From Clostridia bacterium (GTDB taxonomy: Bacteria; Bacillota; Clostridia; TANB77; CAG-508): a DNA stretch of 64,000 nt. The stretch is taken from assembly GCA_022790575.1 (NCBI GenBank), contig JAAVXM010000025.1, positions 410 to 64,409 on the forward strand, read 5' to 3'. Made by a program: the position numbers and the translations under genes. Below the pieces are notes generated by a model. The model saw only the letters and a program-made list of their open reading frames with translations, ran no database searches and was not told where the DNA came from. Shown here piece by piece: positions 9,056 to 19,276 of the stretch (the first letter of the stretch is position 1; the number at the start of each line of letters is the position of its first letter).

Positions 9056-9511
9056 CAACATCAAGGAACTAAAGAATTAGCACACTTAGAAATGGTAGGA
9101 GCGATAGTTCATCAGTTAACAAAAAATGCATCAATAGAAGAGATAGAAGCAGCAGGGTTATCACCATATTATACAGACCATGGTGTTGATGTATACCCAT
9201 CATCAGCAGCAGGAGTGCCATTTACAGCATCATATATAGCATGTAAAGGAGATGCAATTGCAAACTTGCAAGAAGACCTAGCAGCAGAGCAAAAAGCAAG
9301 AGCGACATATGAAAAGCTAATAAACTTATGTAGAGACAATCCAGATGTAGTAGACCCACTTCGTTTCTTAAGAGAAAGAGAAGTAGTACACTTCCAAAGA
9401 TTTGGAGAAGCATTAAGAGGAGTACAAGACAAGTTAGCAGAAAAGAAATTTTACATGAATGATGGTAACTGTATAAAAATGAACCAAAACGACTGTGAAT
9501 GTGGAAGATAG
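9056..9511 (+). pseudogene. cotJC: 3' two-thirds of a Mn-catalase family / CotJC-like gene (5' part missing)
   Basis: The frame opens right after the RloB stop and reads QHQGTKELAHLEMVGAIVHQL...AAGVPFTASYI..KGD...EDLAAEQKARATYE...LRFLREREVVHFQRF. This matches the region of B. subtilis CotJC from GTEEFAHLEM onward. About 70 N-terminal residues, the RBS and the promoter are absent. Confidence 0.75.
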
Positions 9512-9654
9512 AAAAACAATATAAAATATAAAAAGAAGTCAAAAATTGGATAATAATGAATTATCTGATTTTTGATTTCATTTTATTTTTAATAAAATTT
9601 TCACATAAAATTCACAAACATGTAATAAAATACAACAAATAAAAGGAGGAAGAT

Positions 9655-12261
9655 ATGTTACAATTAAAAAACATAACAAAAAACTATCTATCAGGAGCTA
9701 ATGAGGTAAAAGCATTAAAAGGGATAGATGTTGAATTTAGAGAAAATGAATTTGTCTCAATATTAGGGCAAAGTGGATGTGGAAAAACAACACTATTAAA
9801 TATAATAGGAGGATTAGACAAATATACAACAGGAGACTTAATTATAAATGGAAAATCAACAAAAGAGTTCAAGAGTAAAGACTGGGATACATATAGAAAT
9901 CACTCTGTAGGGTTTGTATTTCAGAGTTATAATCTAATACCACATCAAACAGTACTATCAAATGTAGAATTAGCATTAACAATATCAGGAGTAAATAAGG
10001 AAGAGAGAAAAAGGAGAGCAAAAGAAGCATTAGAACAAGTAGGGTTGGGAGACCAATTAAATAAAAAGCCAAATCAGATGTCTGGAGGTCAAATGCAAAG
10101 AGTTGCGATAGCAAGAGCATTAGTAAATGACCCAGACATATTACTTGCAGATGAACCAACAGGAGCACTAGACTCAGCAACAAGTGTACAAGTCATGGAA
10201 ATATTAAAAGAAATATCAAAAGACAGATTAATAATAATGGTAACACACAATCCAGAACTTGCAGAAAAATACTCAACAAGAGTAATAAGATTATTAGATG
10301 GAAAAATTACAGATGATTCAAATCCATATAAAGCAAGTAAAGATGAATTAGAAAAGTCAAAATCGAAAAAAGACAAATCAGGAAAGGCATCTATGAAATT
10401 TTCAACAGCTGTTAGACTAAGTTTAAACAACTTGATGACTAAAAAAGGTAGGACATTACTAACATCATTTGCAGGAAGTATAGGAATAATAGGAATTGCA
10501 CTAATATTATCATTATCACATGGAATGCAAACATATATAAACAAAGTAGAAGAAGACACATTATCATCATATCCAATAACAATACAAGAATCAACAATGG
10601 ATATATCAAGTATGATGGAAGCAATGATGGGAGACGCAGAGGAAATAGAACATGAAGAAGGAAAAATTTATTCAAGAGCGATAGTCAATAATATGTTAGA
10701 GACCATATCAACAAAAATAAAAACAAACAATTTAGAAGAATTTAAAAAATTCATAGAAGGAAATGAAACAGACATAAAAGATTATATAAATGCAGTTCAA
10801 TATGGATATAACATGGACTTAAACATATATGCACAAAACAAACAAGGAGAAACTGTACAAGTAAACCCAAGTCTTGTATTTGATAAATTAGGATTTGGAG
10901 ATATGATGGAAGCACATCAAGAATCAAATGAAATGTTTTCTGGCGGAATGATGATGTCAGAAACAGATGTATGGATGGAAATGCTTAATAATCAAGAATT
11001 ATTAAATTCACAATATGAAGTATTAGCTGGAAAATGGCCTAGCAAATATAATGAAGTAGTACTTATGGTTGATAAAAATAATGAAATAAGTGATTACACC
11101 TTATATTCATTAGGAATAAAAGACATAAATGAATTGAGTGAAGCAATGGATAAAATAATGAAAGGTGAAGAGGTAAAAGCTCCTGAAGAAGTAGAAAGTT
11201 ATACATATCAAGACATATTAGATTATAAATTCAAAGTAGTACTAAATACAGATTATTATAAAAAAGATGGAAACACATGGAAAGATATGTCAGATAATAG
11301 TGAATATATGAAAAGGCTTGTTGAAGATGCAGAAGAAATTAAAATAGTAGGAGTTGTAAAACCAAATGAAGAAACAATAGCTTCTTCACAAGCAGGTGTA
11401 ATAGGATATAATAGTGAACTCAAAGAATATGTAATTAACAAAATAAATGAAGCAGAAATAGTTAAAGAGCAAAAAGCGAATCAGGATACAAATGTATTTA
11501 CTGGTTTAAAATTCTCAGAAAATGAAAATACTTCATTTGATTATACAACATTGTCAGAAGAACAAAGAGCATATATGGCAACACTTTCAGAACAAGAACT
11601 TGCAGAAATTATGAAAACATATTCTACAAATGCAGATGCTACATATGAGAACAATCTAGAGAGATTAGGTGTAGTCGATTTAGAAAAACCAAGTTCAATA
11701 AATATATATCCAAAAGGCTTTGAAGCAAAAGACATGATTTCAAATATTATAACAGATTACAATAATAAGCAAACAGACAATGGAAAAGAGGAAAATGTAA
11801 TAAACTATACAGATATAGTTGGAATTATGATGAAGTCAGTCTCAACAATAATTGATGTAATTAGTTATGTTTTAATAGCATTTGTAGGAATATCATTAGT
11901 AGTTTCATCAATAATGATAGGAATTATCACATATATATCTGTTCTTGAAAGAACAAAGGAAATTGGAATATTGCGTAGTATAGGTGCATCTAAAAAAGAT
12001 GTTTCAAGAGTATTTAATGCGGAAACACTATTAGTTGGGTTAGTTGCAGGATTAATAGGAATAGGAGTAACACTATTATTAAACATACCAATTAATATGC
12101 TTATAAAAGCAATTGTTGGAATTTCAGGAATCGCGAAATTACCATTTGCAGGTGGGGCAATTCTAGTTGCAATAAGTGTTGGCTTAACTATGATTGCGGG
12201 TCTAATACCAGCAAAATTTGCTTCTAAACGTGACCCAGTAGAAGCTCTAAGAAGTGAATAA
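9655..12261 (+). CDS. fused ABC transporter ATP-binding protein/permease (MacB/FtsX-type)
   Basis: Walker A GQSGCGKTT, signature SGGQMQR, Walker B LLADEPTGALD. A large extracytoplasmic region follows, then an FtsX-like C-terminal membrane domain. Confidence 0.85.
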   Translation: MLQLKNITKNYLSGANEVKALKGIDVEFRENEFVSILGQSGCGKTTLLNIIGGLDKYTTGDLIINGKSTKEFKSKDWDTYRNHSVGFVFQSYNLIPHQTVLSNVELALTISGVNKEERKRRAKEALEQVGLGDQLNKKPNQMSGGQMQRVAIARALVNDPDILLADEPTGALDSATSVQVMEILKEISKDRLIIMVTHNPELAEKYSTRVIRLLDGKITDDSNPYKASKDELEKSKSKKDKSGKASMKFSTAVRLSLNNLMTKKGRTLLTSFAGSIGIIGIALILSLSHGMQTYINKVEEDTLSSYPITIQESTMDISSMMEAMMGDAEEIEHEEGKIYSRAIVNNMLETISTKIKTNNLEEFKKFIEGNETDIKDYINAVQYGYNMDLNIYAQNKQGETVQVNPSLVFDKLGFGDMMEAHQESNEMFSGGMMMSETDVWMEMLNNQELLNSQYEVLAGKWPSKYNEVVLMVDKNNEISDYTLYSLGIKDINELSEAMDKIMKGEEVKAPEEVESYTYQDILDYKFKVVLNTDYYKKDGNTWKDMSDNSEYMKRLVEDAEEIKIVGVVKPNEETIASSQAGVIGYNSELKEYVINKINEAEIVKEQKANQDTNVFTGLKFSENENTSFDYTTLSEEQRAYMATLSEQELAEIMKTYSTNADATYENNLERLGVVDLEKPSSINIYPKGFEAKDMISNIITDYNNKQTDNGKEENVINYTDIVGIMMKSVSTIIDVISYVLIAFVGISLVVSSIMIGIITYISVLERTKEIGILRSIGASKKDVSRVFNAETLLVGLVAGLIGIGVTLLLNIPINMLIKAIVGISGIAKLPFAGGAILVAISVGLTMIAGLIPAKFASKRDPVEALRSE

Positions 12262-12322
12262 TAAATTCATAATAAGTTAACAAAATTATATTATAATATA
12301 TGTGTAATATAAAAAGACAAAC

Positions 12323-12351
12323 TTGAAAAAAATATGGAAATATGTTATATT
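12323..12351 (+). promoter_or_regulatory. sigma-A type promoter
   Basis: TTGAAA (12323-12328), 17 nt spacer, TATATT (12346-12351), upstream of the activase-type gene. Confidence 0.35.
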
Positions 12352-12457
12352 TATTCCGATGAATTGAATTATATTTAAGGGGAAATTGAAAAATAATTGC
12401 CAAAGAACAATATCTTTCCAATTTAGTATACACCCTAAATAAGGAATGAGGTTAATT

Positions 12458-15400
12458 ATGAAAAAAACAATACATATAGGTATGGATGTAGGGTCAACAA
12501 CTGTAAAAATTGTAGTAATGGATGAAAAGCTAGAAATTATACATACATCATATGAAAGACACTTTTCAGATACTAAAAACACAGTGTGCAAAGTATTAGA
12601 AGAACTAGTAGAAAAATATAAAGAAAACGAATTTACGATTGCATTAACAGGCTCAGGAGCAATGAGTACATCTCAATTTTTAGATGTACCATTTATACAA
12701 GAAGTTGTATCTTGTAAGAGGGCAGTAGAAAAGTACATACCAGAAACAAATGTTGTAATAGAATTAGGTGGAGAAGACGCAAAAATAATATATTTTGGAA
12801 AGTCAATAGAACAAAGAATGAATGGAACATGTGCAGGTGGAACAGGAGCATTTTTAGACCAAATGGCATCATTATTAAATACAGACACAGCGGGATTAAA
12901 TGAATTAGCAAAAGGATATAAAACAATATATCCAATAGCTTCACGCTGTGGAGTATTTGCAAAAACAGATGTGCAACCATTATTAAATGAGGGAGCTGCA
13001 AAAGAAGATATAGCTGTATCCATTTTTCAAGCAGTGGTAAATCAAACAATAAGTGGTTTAGCATGTGGAAGACCAATTCGTGGGAATATAGCGTTTTTAG
13101 GAGGACCATTAAATTACTTGCCAGAACTAAGAAAAAGATTTATAGAAACATTAAATCTGAGTAAAGAACAAACAATAATACCAGAAGAGGCACATTTATT
13201 TGTTGCAAAAGGAGCATGTTTAGATGCAAAAGATATGACGCCAATAACTGTAGAAAAATTAAAAAGTAAAATACAAGTATTAAAATCATCACGAGACACA
13301 ACAACACAGCCATTACAGCCACTATTTAAAACAGACATTGAATATAAAGAATTTGAAGAAAGACATGCAAAAGATAAAGTAGAGAAAAAAACATTATCAG
13401 AGCATAAAGGAGATTGCTTTATAGGAATAGATGCAGGGTCAACAACATCAAAATTAGTAGTAACAGATAGGGAAGGAACATTGCTTTACTCATCATATAA
13501 AAGTAATGAAGGAAAACCATTACAAAGTATAATAGAGATGTTAAAAGAATTATATTCACTAATGCCAAAAGAAGCAATAATCAGATATAGTGGTGTAACA
13601 GGATATGGAGAAAAATTAATACAAACAGCGTTAAATGTTGACTTAAATGAAATAGAAACAATAGCTCATTATACAGCAGCCAAGAAATTTGAACCCAAAG
13701 TAACAAGTATAGTAGACATTGGTGGTCAAGACATGAAATATATCAAGTTAAAAAATAACACTATAGATAACATAATGTTAAATGAAGCATGTTCATCAGG
13801 ATGTGGTTCATTTATAGAAACATTTGCAAAAAGTTTAAATATTGAGATATCAGAATTTGTAAATGCAGCATTAGAGGCACAAAATCCAGTTGACTTGGGG
13901 TCAAGATGTACAGTATTTATGAACTCAAAAATAAAGCAAGCACAAAAAGAAGGATATTCAGTAGGAGACATATCAGCAGGTTTATCATACTCAGTAATAA
14001 AAAATGCGATACAAAAAGTAATGAAAATAAGAGATGTAAAAAAACTTGGAAGTCATATAGTAGTACAAGGTGGAACATTTTATAATGAAGCTGTATTAAG
14101 AGCATTTGAGTTAATAGTAGGAAGAAATGTAATAAGACCAGATATAGCAGGATTAATGGGAGCATATGGAATGGCATTACTTTCATGTGAACAATATGAA
14201 GCTAATATGGATATGGAATACAAATCAACAATATCAAATATAGAGCAAATAGACAAATTAGATATACAAGTATCACATACAAGATGTAATGGATGTGAAA
14301 ATCATTGTCAATTAACAATAAATAGATTTAGTAATGGAAAAAGGCATGTATCAGGGAATAGATGTGAAAAAGGAGAAGGGATAGTAAATAAAAATACAGA
14401 ATTACCAAACCTAGTCAAATATAAAAATGAGAGAATATTTGGATATACACCATTAGAAGAAAGTGAGGCGCCAAGAGGAACAATAGGGATACCAAGAGTA
14501 TTGAATATGTATGAAGACTTTCCATTTTGGTTTACATTATTTACAAATTTAGGATTTAGAGTAATAATCTCAGAAAAAAGTACAAGAAAGATATATGAAA
14601 AAGGAATGGAATCAATGCCATCAGAATCTGTATGCTATCCAGCCAAAATATCACATGGACATATTATAAGTCTAATTCAAAAAGGAATAAAAACAATATT
14701 TTATCCATGTATGCCATATTCAAGAAAAGAATTTTCAGATGCAAACAATAGATATAATTGTCCGATAGTAATATCTTATGCTGAGGTTATAAAAAATAAT
14801 GTTGAAGAATTAAAAACAAAAAATATAAAATTCATGAATCCATTTTTACCATTTGAGCCTAAGCAATTAATGGAAAGAATGATGGAGTTAGAAGAATTTA
14901 AAGAATATAACTTTACAAAAAAAGAATTAAAAGTGGCGATAGCAGAAGCAGAAGCAGAATATAAAAAAACTAAGGAAGACATACATAATAAAGGTAAAGA
15001 AACCCTTGAATATATAGAAAATAACAAATTAAAAGGTATAGTTTTAGCGGGAAGACCATATCATGTTGACCCAGAAATAAATCATGGAATAGATACACTT
15101 ATTACAAGTCTTGGAATGTGTGTATTAACAGAAGACAGTATTTCTGATAAAACTTTACCACAAAGACCATTACGTGTGGTTGACCAATGGATGTTCCATT
15201 CAAGACTATATGCAGCAGCGGACTTTGTAGGGAAACATGATAATTTAGAACTAGTACAAATAAATTCATTTGGTTGTGGGGTTGATGCAGTTACAACAGA
15301 CCAAGTTGAAGAAATACTAACAAGTTTTGATAAAATGTATACATTAATAAAAATAGATGAAGTAAATAACCTTGGAGCTGTGAGAATACGTTTGCGTTCA

Positions 15401-16786
15401 TTACTTGCAAGTATAAATAAGCGTTTAAATGAAAAAAATAAAAAAGAAGTATCTGGAGAATATAAATTGAATAGAATTCCATTTACTGAAGAGATGAAAA
15501 AGGAATATACAATTATATTTCCTCAAATGGCACCAATACACTTTGAATTTATAGAACCAATATTAAAAAGTGAAGGATATAAAGCTGTATTATTAAGAGA
15601 ATGTACACAACATACAATAGAAACAGGTTTAAAATATGTTAATAATGACGCATGTTATCCATCAATAATAACAACAGGTCAATTCATAGAAGCATTAGAA
15701 AGTGGAGAATATGATGTAAATAAAACAGCTATAATTATGTCTCAAACAGGAGGAGGATGTAGAGCAACAAATTATATAGGTTTTATTCGTAAAGCTCTAA
15801 AAGATGCAGGTTTTGAACAAGTCCCAGTAATATCATTTAATGTTGTAGGAATGGAGAAAAATCCAGGATTTAAACTAACATTAAAACTAGTGGAGAAGCT
15901 ATTAAAAGCAATGGTCCTAGCAGATTTATTACAAAAAATGTTATACAAAAATAGAGCATATGAGAAAAATAAAGGTGAAACTGAAACACTATTTAATGAA
16001 TGGATGGAAAAAGCAAAATCAGTTGCACTAAAAAGTAGTAGCAGAGAATTCTCTAAGGTTATTATGCAAATAGTAGAAGATTTTGAGAAAATTGAATGGA
16101 ATTCAAAAATAAATAAACCAAGAGTTGGTATTGTTGGAGAAATATTAATAAAATATCATCCATTTGGAAACAATTATGTTGCAGACTTATTAGAAAAAGA
16201 AGGGGCAGAAGTTGTATTACCAGACTTTTTAGGATTTGTAAAATTCATGGCTAGTAATAAGGTTATTTCTAACCAAATGCTTAAAAACGATAATAAAAAG
16301 GCAGCGCTAAATGCAGCAGCAATTAAACTTATAGATTTATTTGAAAAAGATACAAGAAAAGCATTAGCTAAATCTAAAAAAGGATATTTACCTACATGCA
16401 ATATATGGCACTTAGCAGAAAATGTAAAAACAGTTTTATCAACAGGAAATCAAACAGGAGAAGGATGGTTTCTGACAGCAGAAATGCTTGAATATATGGA
16501 AAATGGAATTCAAAACATAGTTTGTGTACAACCATTTGCATGTTTACCTAATCATGTTGTTGGAAAAGGTGTTATTAAAACTATTAGAGACATGTATCCA
16601 GAAGCTAATATTGTGCCTGTTGATTATGACCCAGGTGCTAGTGAAGCTAATCAAACTAATAGAATTAAGCTACTTATGACAGTTGCTAAAGATAATCTAA
16701 AATTAAAACAAAAAGAGAAAAAAGCTTTAGAAAAAGAAAATGAGACAAGTGAAGTAAATACTGAATATGTAAAACATAAAAAGTAG
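12458..16786 (+). CDS. acyl-CoA dehydratase activase-related fusion protein (two BadF/BcrA/HgdC-type ATPase domains + dehydratase-component-like domains)
   Basis: Two actin-fold ATPase starts (GMDVGSTTVKIVV and GIDAGSTTSKLVV). A Cys cluster CNGCENHC is present. Very long C-terminal region typical of this fusion family in Clostridia. Start chosen at the ATG 12458 behind a GAGG. Confidence 0.8.
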   Translation: MKKTIHIGMDVGSTTVKIVVMDEKLEIIHTSYERHFSDTKNTVCKVLEELVEKYKENEFTIALTGSGAMSTSQFLDVPFIQEVVSCKRAVEKYIPETNVVIELGGEDAKIIYFGKSIEQRMNGTCAGGTGAFLDQMASLLNTDTAGLNELAKGYKTIYPIASRCGVFAKTDVQPLLNEGAAKEDIAVSIFQAVVNQTISGLACGRPIRGNIAFLGGPLNYLPELRKRFIETLNLSKEQTIIPEEAHLFVAKGACLDAKDMTPITVEKLKSKIQVLKSSRDTTTQPLQPLFKTDIEYKEFEERHAKDKVEKKTLSEHKGDCFIGIDAGSTTSKLVVTDREGTLLYSSYKSNEGKPLQSIIEMLKELYSLMPKEAIIRYSGVTGYGEKLIQTALNVDLNEIETIAHYTAAKKFEPKVTSIVDIGGQDMKYIKLKNNTIDNIMLNEACSSGCGSFIETFAKSLNIEISEFVNAALEAQNPVDLGSRCTVFMNSKIKQAQKEGYSVGDISAGLSYSVIKNAIQKVMKIRDVKKLGSHIVVQGGTFYNEAVLRAFELIVGRNVIRPDIAGLMGAYGMALLSCEQYEANMDMEYKSTISNIEQIDKLDIQVSHTRCNGCENHCQLTINRFSNGKRHVSGNRCEKGEGIVNKNTELPNLVKYKNERIFGYTPLEESEAPRGTIGIPRVLNMYEDFPFWFTLFTNLGFRVIISEKSTRKIYEKGMESMPSESVCYPAKISHGHIISLIQKGIKTIFYPCMPYSRKEFSDANNRYNCPIVISYAEVIKNNVEELKTKNIKFMNPFLPFEPKQLMERMMELEEFKEYNFTKKELKVAIAEAEAEYKKTKEDIHNKGKETLEYIENNKLKGIVLAGRPYHVDPEINHGIDTLITSLGMCVLTEDSISDKTLPQRPLRVVDQWMFHSRLYAAADFVGKHDNLELVQINSFGCGVDAVTTDQVEEILTSFDKMYTLIKIDEVNNLGAVRIRLRSLLASINKRLNEKNKKEVSGEYKLNRIPFTEEMKKEYTIIFPQMAPIHFEFIEPILKSEGYKAVLLRECTQHTIETGLKYVNNDACYPSIITTGQFIEALESGEYDVNKTAIIMSQTGGGCRATNYIGFIRKALKDAGFEQVPVISFNVVGMEKNPGFKLTLKLVEKLLKAMVLADLLQKMLYKNRAYEKNKGETETLFNEWMEKAKSVALKSSSREFSKVIMQIVEDFEKIEWNSKINKPRVGIVGEILIKYHPFGNNYVADLLEKEGAEVVLPDFLGFVKFMASNKVISNQMLKNDNKKAALNAAAIKLIDLFEKDTRKALAKSKKGYLPTCNIWHLAENVKTVLSTGNQTGEGWFLTAEMLEYMENGIQNIVCVQPFACLPNHVVGKGVIKTIRDMYPEANIVPVDYDPGASEANQTNRIKLLMTVAKDNLKLKQKEKKALEKENETSEVNTEYVKHKK

Positions 16787-16854
16787 CAAGAAAAACTTGC
16801 TATTTTTTATGTTTTAAGATAGAATATGAATAAACAATAATAAAGGAGATAACA

Positions 16855-17709
16855 ATGATAATAGAAATAGAGCAATATATAGCATTATTTTTTATATATT
16901 CATTTGCTGGCTGGTTAATGGAATCTGTTGGAGAAAGTGTCAAAGGTTTTCTAGGGATAGCAGCAGAAGAAAATACTTCAAAGAAAAGATTTGTAAATAG
17001 AGGATTTTTAATTGGACCATATTGTCCAATATATGGAGCAGGAGTATTATTAATAACTATTTTGTTAGAAAAATATAATAATGATATATGGATAATATTT
17101 TTTATGTCATTATTAATATGTGGTATACTAGAATACATGACAAGTTATTTAATGGAAAAACTATTTAAAGCAAGATGGTGGGATTATAGTACAAAGAAAT
17201 TTAATATAAATGGAAGAATATGTCTAGAAACATTAATACCATTTGGACTAGCAGGAACATTTATAATATATATAGCAAATCCATTCTTTTTAAAATATAT
17301 AGAAATGTTACCAAATATAGTAATGCATATATTTACAATTTCATTCTTAATAATATATATTACTGACATGATTATTTCTTTAAAAATAATACTTAATCTA
17401 AAAGAAATGTCAAAAGAATTCAAAGATAATACAATAGAAATTTCAGACAAAGTTAGAAGAATAATAAAAAGAAAATATGTTTTATATAGAAGAGTTGTTA
17501 GAGCATTCCCTAGAATAAAAGAAAATGTATTATATGATAGATGGGAAGATATAAAAAAGAAAATAGAAGAATCAAAAGAGGAAATTATGTTAAAAATAGA
17601 TACATCAAAAGAAGAAATTAGAAGTAAAATAGACACATCAAAAGAAGAGATTAGAGGAATAATAGATAACTCTAAGGAAAAAGCCAAAAGATTACACAAG
17701 AAAAAATAA
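16855..17709 (+). CDS. membrane protein of the 'putative ABC-transporter type IV' (PF06541-like) family with a repeat-containing charged C-terminal tail
   Basis: N-terminus FFIYSFAGWLMESV...FLIGPYCPIYG resembles that family. A paralog lies at 42678-43358. Confidence 0.6.
   Translation: MIIEIEQYIALFFIYSFAGWLMESVGESVKGFLGIAAEENTSKKRFVNRGFLIGPYCPIYGAGVLLITILLEKYNNDIWIIFFMSLLICGILEYMTSYLMEKLFKARWWDYSTKKFNINGRICLETLIPFGLAGTFIIYIANPFFLKYIEMLPNIVMHIFTISFLIIYITDMIISLKIILNLKEMSKEFKDNTIEISDKVRRIIKRKYVLYRRVVRAFPRIKENVLYDRWEDIKKKIEESKEEIMLKIDTSKEEIRSKIDTSKEEIRGIIDNSKEKAKRLHKKK
17560..17691 (+). repeat. 4 tandem copies of a 33-bp (11-codon) coding repeat
   Basis: The units encode KIEESKEEIML / KIDTSKEEIRS / KIDTSKEEIRG / IIDNSKEKAKR. 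The two middle units are nearly identical at the DNA level. Confidence 0.8.
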
Positions 17710-17745
17710 TAAAGAATTTATTAAATTAAGAAAGAAGGAGTTAAA

Positions 17746-18516
17746 TTGAAGATATTAGCAGTTGGAGATATTGTAGGAGAAGCTGGGGTAAAAAAACTAA
17801 AAGAAATACTACCTCAAATAAAAAATAGAGAAAATGTAGATTTTGTAATAACTAATGGAGAAAACTCTGCAGGAGGAATGGGAATAACAGAAAAAAACTT
17901 TAAAGATATAATAGATGCAGGAACAAATGTAGTAACAATGGGAAATCACACATGGGGAAAAAGAGATATATTCAAATTTATAGATGACCCAAAAATATTA
18001 AGGCCAGCAAACTATCCAAAAGGAGTTGTAGGAAAAGGAGTTGGAATCTATAATTGCAACAATAAAAAAATTGCAGTATTGAATTTGATGGGAAGAGTAG
18101 ATATTAATATACTTACAGAAAATCCATTTATATTAGCAAAAGAAAAAATAAAAGAGTTAGAAGAACAAGTTGATATAATTATAATGGATTTCCATGCAGA
18201 AGCAACTGCTGAGAAGATAGCAATGGCCAGATTTTTAGATGGAAGTATAACAATAGTATTTGGAACTCATACACATGTACAAACAGCAGATGAACAAATA
18301 TTCCCTAAAGGTACTGCCTATATAACAGACTTAGGTATGACTGGACCAAAAGAATCTGTAATAGGAATGGATATACAAGCATCTATAAAAAGATTTGAAA
18401 CAGCACTTCCTGAAAAATATAAAATAGCAGAAGGAGAATGTATATTTAATTCAATAATGTTTGAAATTGATGATGTTACAAACAAGGTAACATCAATAAA
18501 GAGAATAAATTTTTGA
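17746..18516 (+). CDS. ymdB: YmdB-like metallophosphoesterase (2',3'-cyclic-nucleotide phosphodiesterase family)
   Basis: MKILAVGDIVG...NGEN...GNHTW...DFHAEATAEK...GTHTHVQTADE is the characteristic YmdB/TIGR00282 motif series. TTG start with a GAAGGAG RBS. Confidence 0.85.
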   Translation: MKILAVGDIVGEAGVKKLKEILPQIKNRENVDFVITNGENSAGGMGITEKNFKDIIDAGTNVVTMGNHTWGKRDIFKFIDDPKILRPANYPKGVVGKGVGIYNCNNKKIAVLNLMGRVDINILTENPFILAKEKIKELEEQVDIIIMDFHAEATAEKIAMARFLDGSITIVFGTHTHVQTADEQIFPKGTAYITDLGMTGPKESVIGMDIQASIKRFETALPEKYKIAEGECIFNSIMFEIDDVTNKVTSIKRINF

Positions 18517-18708
18517 TATGAACAATTGTAGATAATGGCATATTAGAATATATTTAGATAACTTTTCTATAAAATAAAAAATGTCGAAAACTGCGATGAA
18601 AATTTGAAAATATTTCCATAAATGTATAGACAAAATTTACTAAATATTGTAAAATACAAAATGTATTAGTTGCAACAAAAATTATTAAATTATAGGAGGC
18701 AAAAGAAA

Positions 18709-18972
18709 ATGGAAGTTTTAAAAATTTCATCAAAATCTAATCCTAATTCAGTAGCAGGTGCTATTGCAGGATTAGTAAAAGAATCACAAAAAGCAGAAAT
18801 GCAAGCAATTGGAGCAGGAGCTCTAAATCAAGCAGTAAAGGCAGTAGCAATAGCAAGAGGATTTGTAGCACCAGCAGGAGTAGACTTAGTATGTATACCA
18901 GCTTTTGCAGAAGTAGAAGTTGAGGGAGAAGATAGAACTGGAATAAAGTTGATTGTTGAGTCAAGAAAATAA
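18709..18972 (+). CDS. spoVS: stage V sporulation protein S
   Basis: MEVLKISSKSNPNSVAGAIAGL...MQAIGAGALNQAVKAVAIARGF is near-canonical SpoVS. ATG at 18709 lies behind AGGAGG. 87 codons. Confidence 0.9.
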   Translation: MEVLKISSKSNPNSVAGAIAGLVKESQKAEMQAIGAGALNQAVKAVAIARGFVAPAGVDLVCIPAFAEVEVEGEDRTGIKLIVESRK

Positions 18973-18984
18973 GATAAAGTATAG

Positions 18985-19009
18985 GAGAGCATATTGCTCT
19001 CTTTTGTGT
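18985..19009 (+). terminator. intrinsic terminator after spoVS
   Basis: gagagca / tgctctc stem followed by ttttgtgtt. Confidence 0.55.
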
Positions 19010-19276
19010 TATAATTCCAATATCTAAAAAGTTGATATATTATCATATGTTTATTTATAGATGTGACCAATAGATTTGCTAAAAATAAAAAATTAATTCA
19101 AAAGTACTTGTAAAAATTGGAACAATATGGTAATATAATAAAGTACAAATTTAGTACATAAATTTATTTAATTCAAAGCACTTTATAAATTAGAACAAAA
19201 CTAAAATGAAATTTAGTCAAAACTCTTGAAAAAAAATCAATAATAATATATTATAACAAAGCAAAGAGGTGATAGA

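Noticed and set aside
3846-9058. Shared 11-mer taaattaacaa at 3846-3856 and 9048-9058 (and tgtaata at 2214-2220 and 9040-9046) as possible att core repeats of the island
   Set aside because: In a genome this AT-rich, matches of this length are expected by chance in 64 kb. The left copies do not border any cotJC 5' sequence, so they do not define a coherent insertion.
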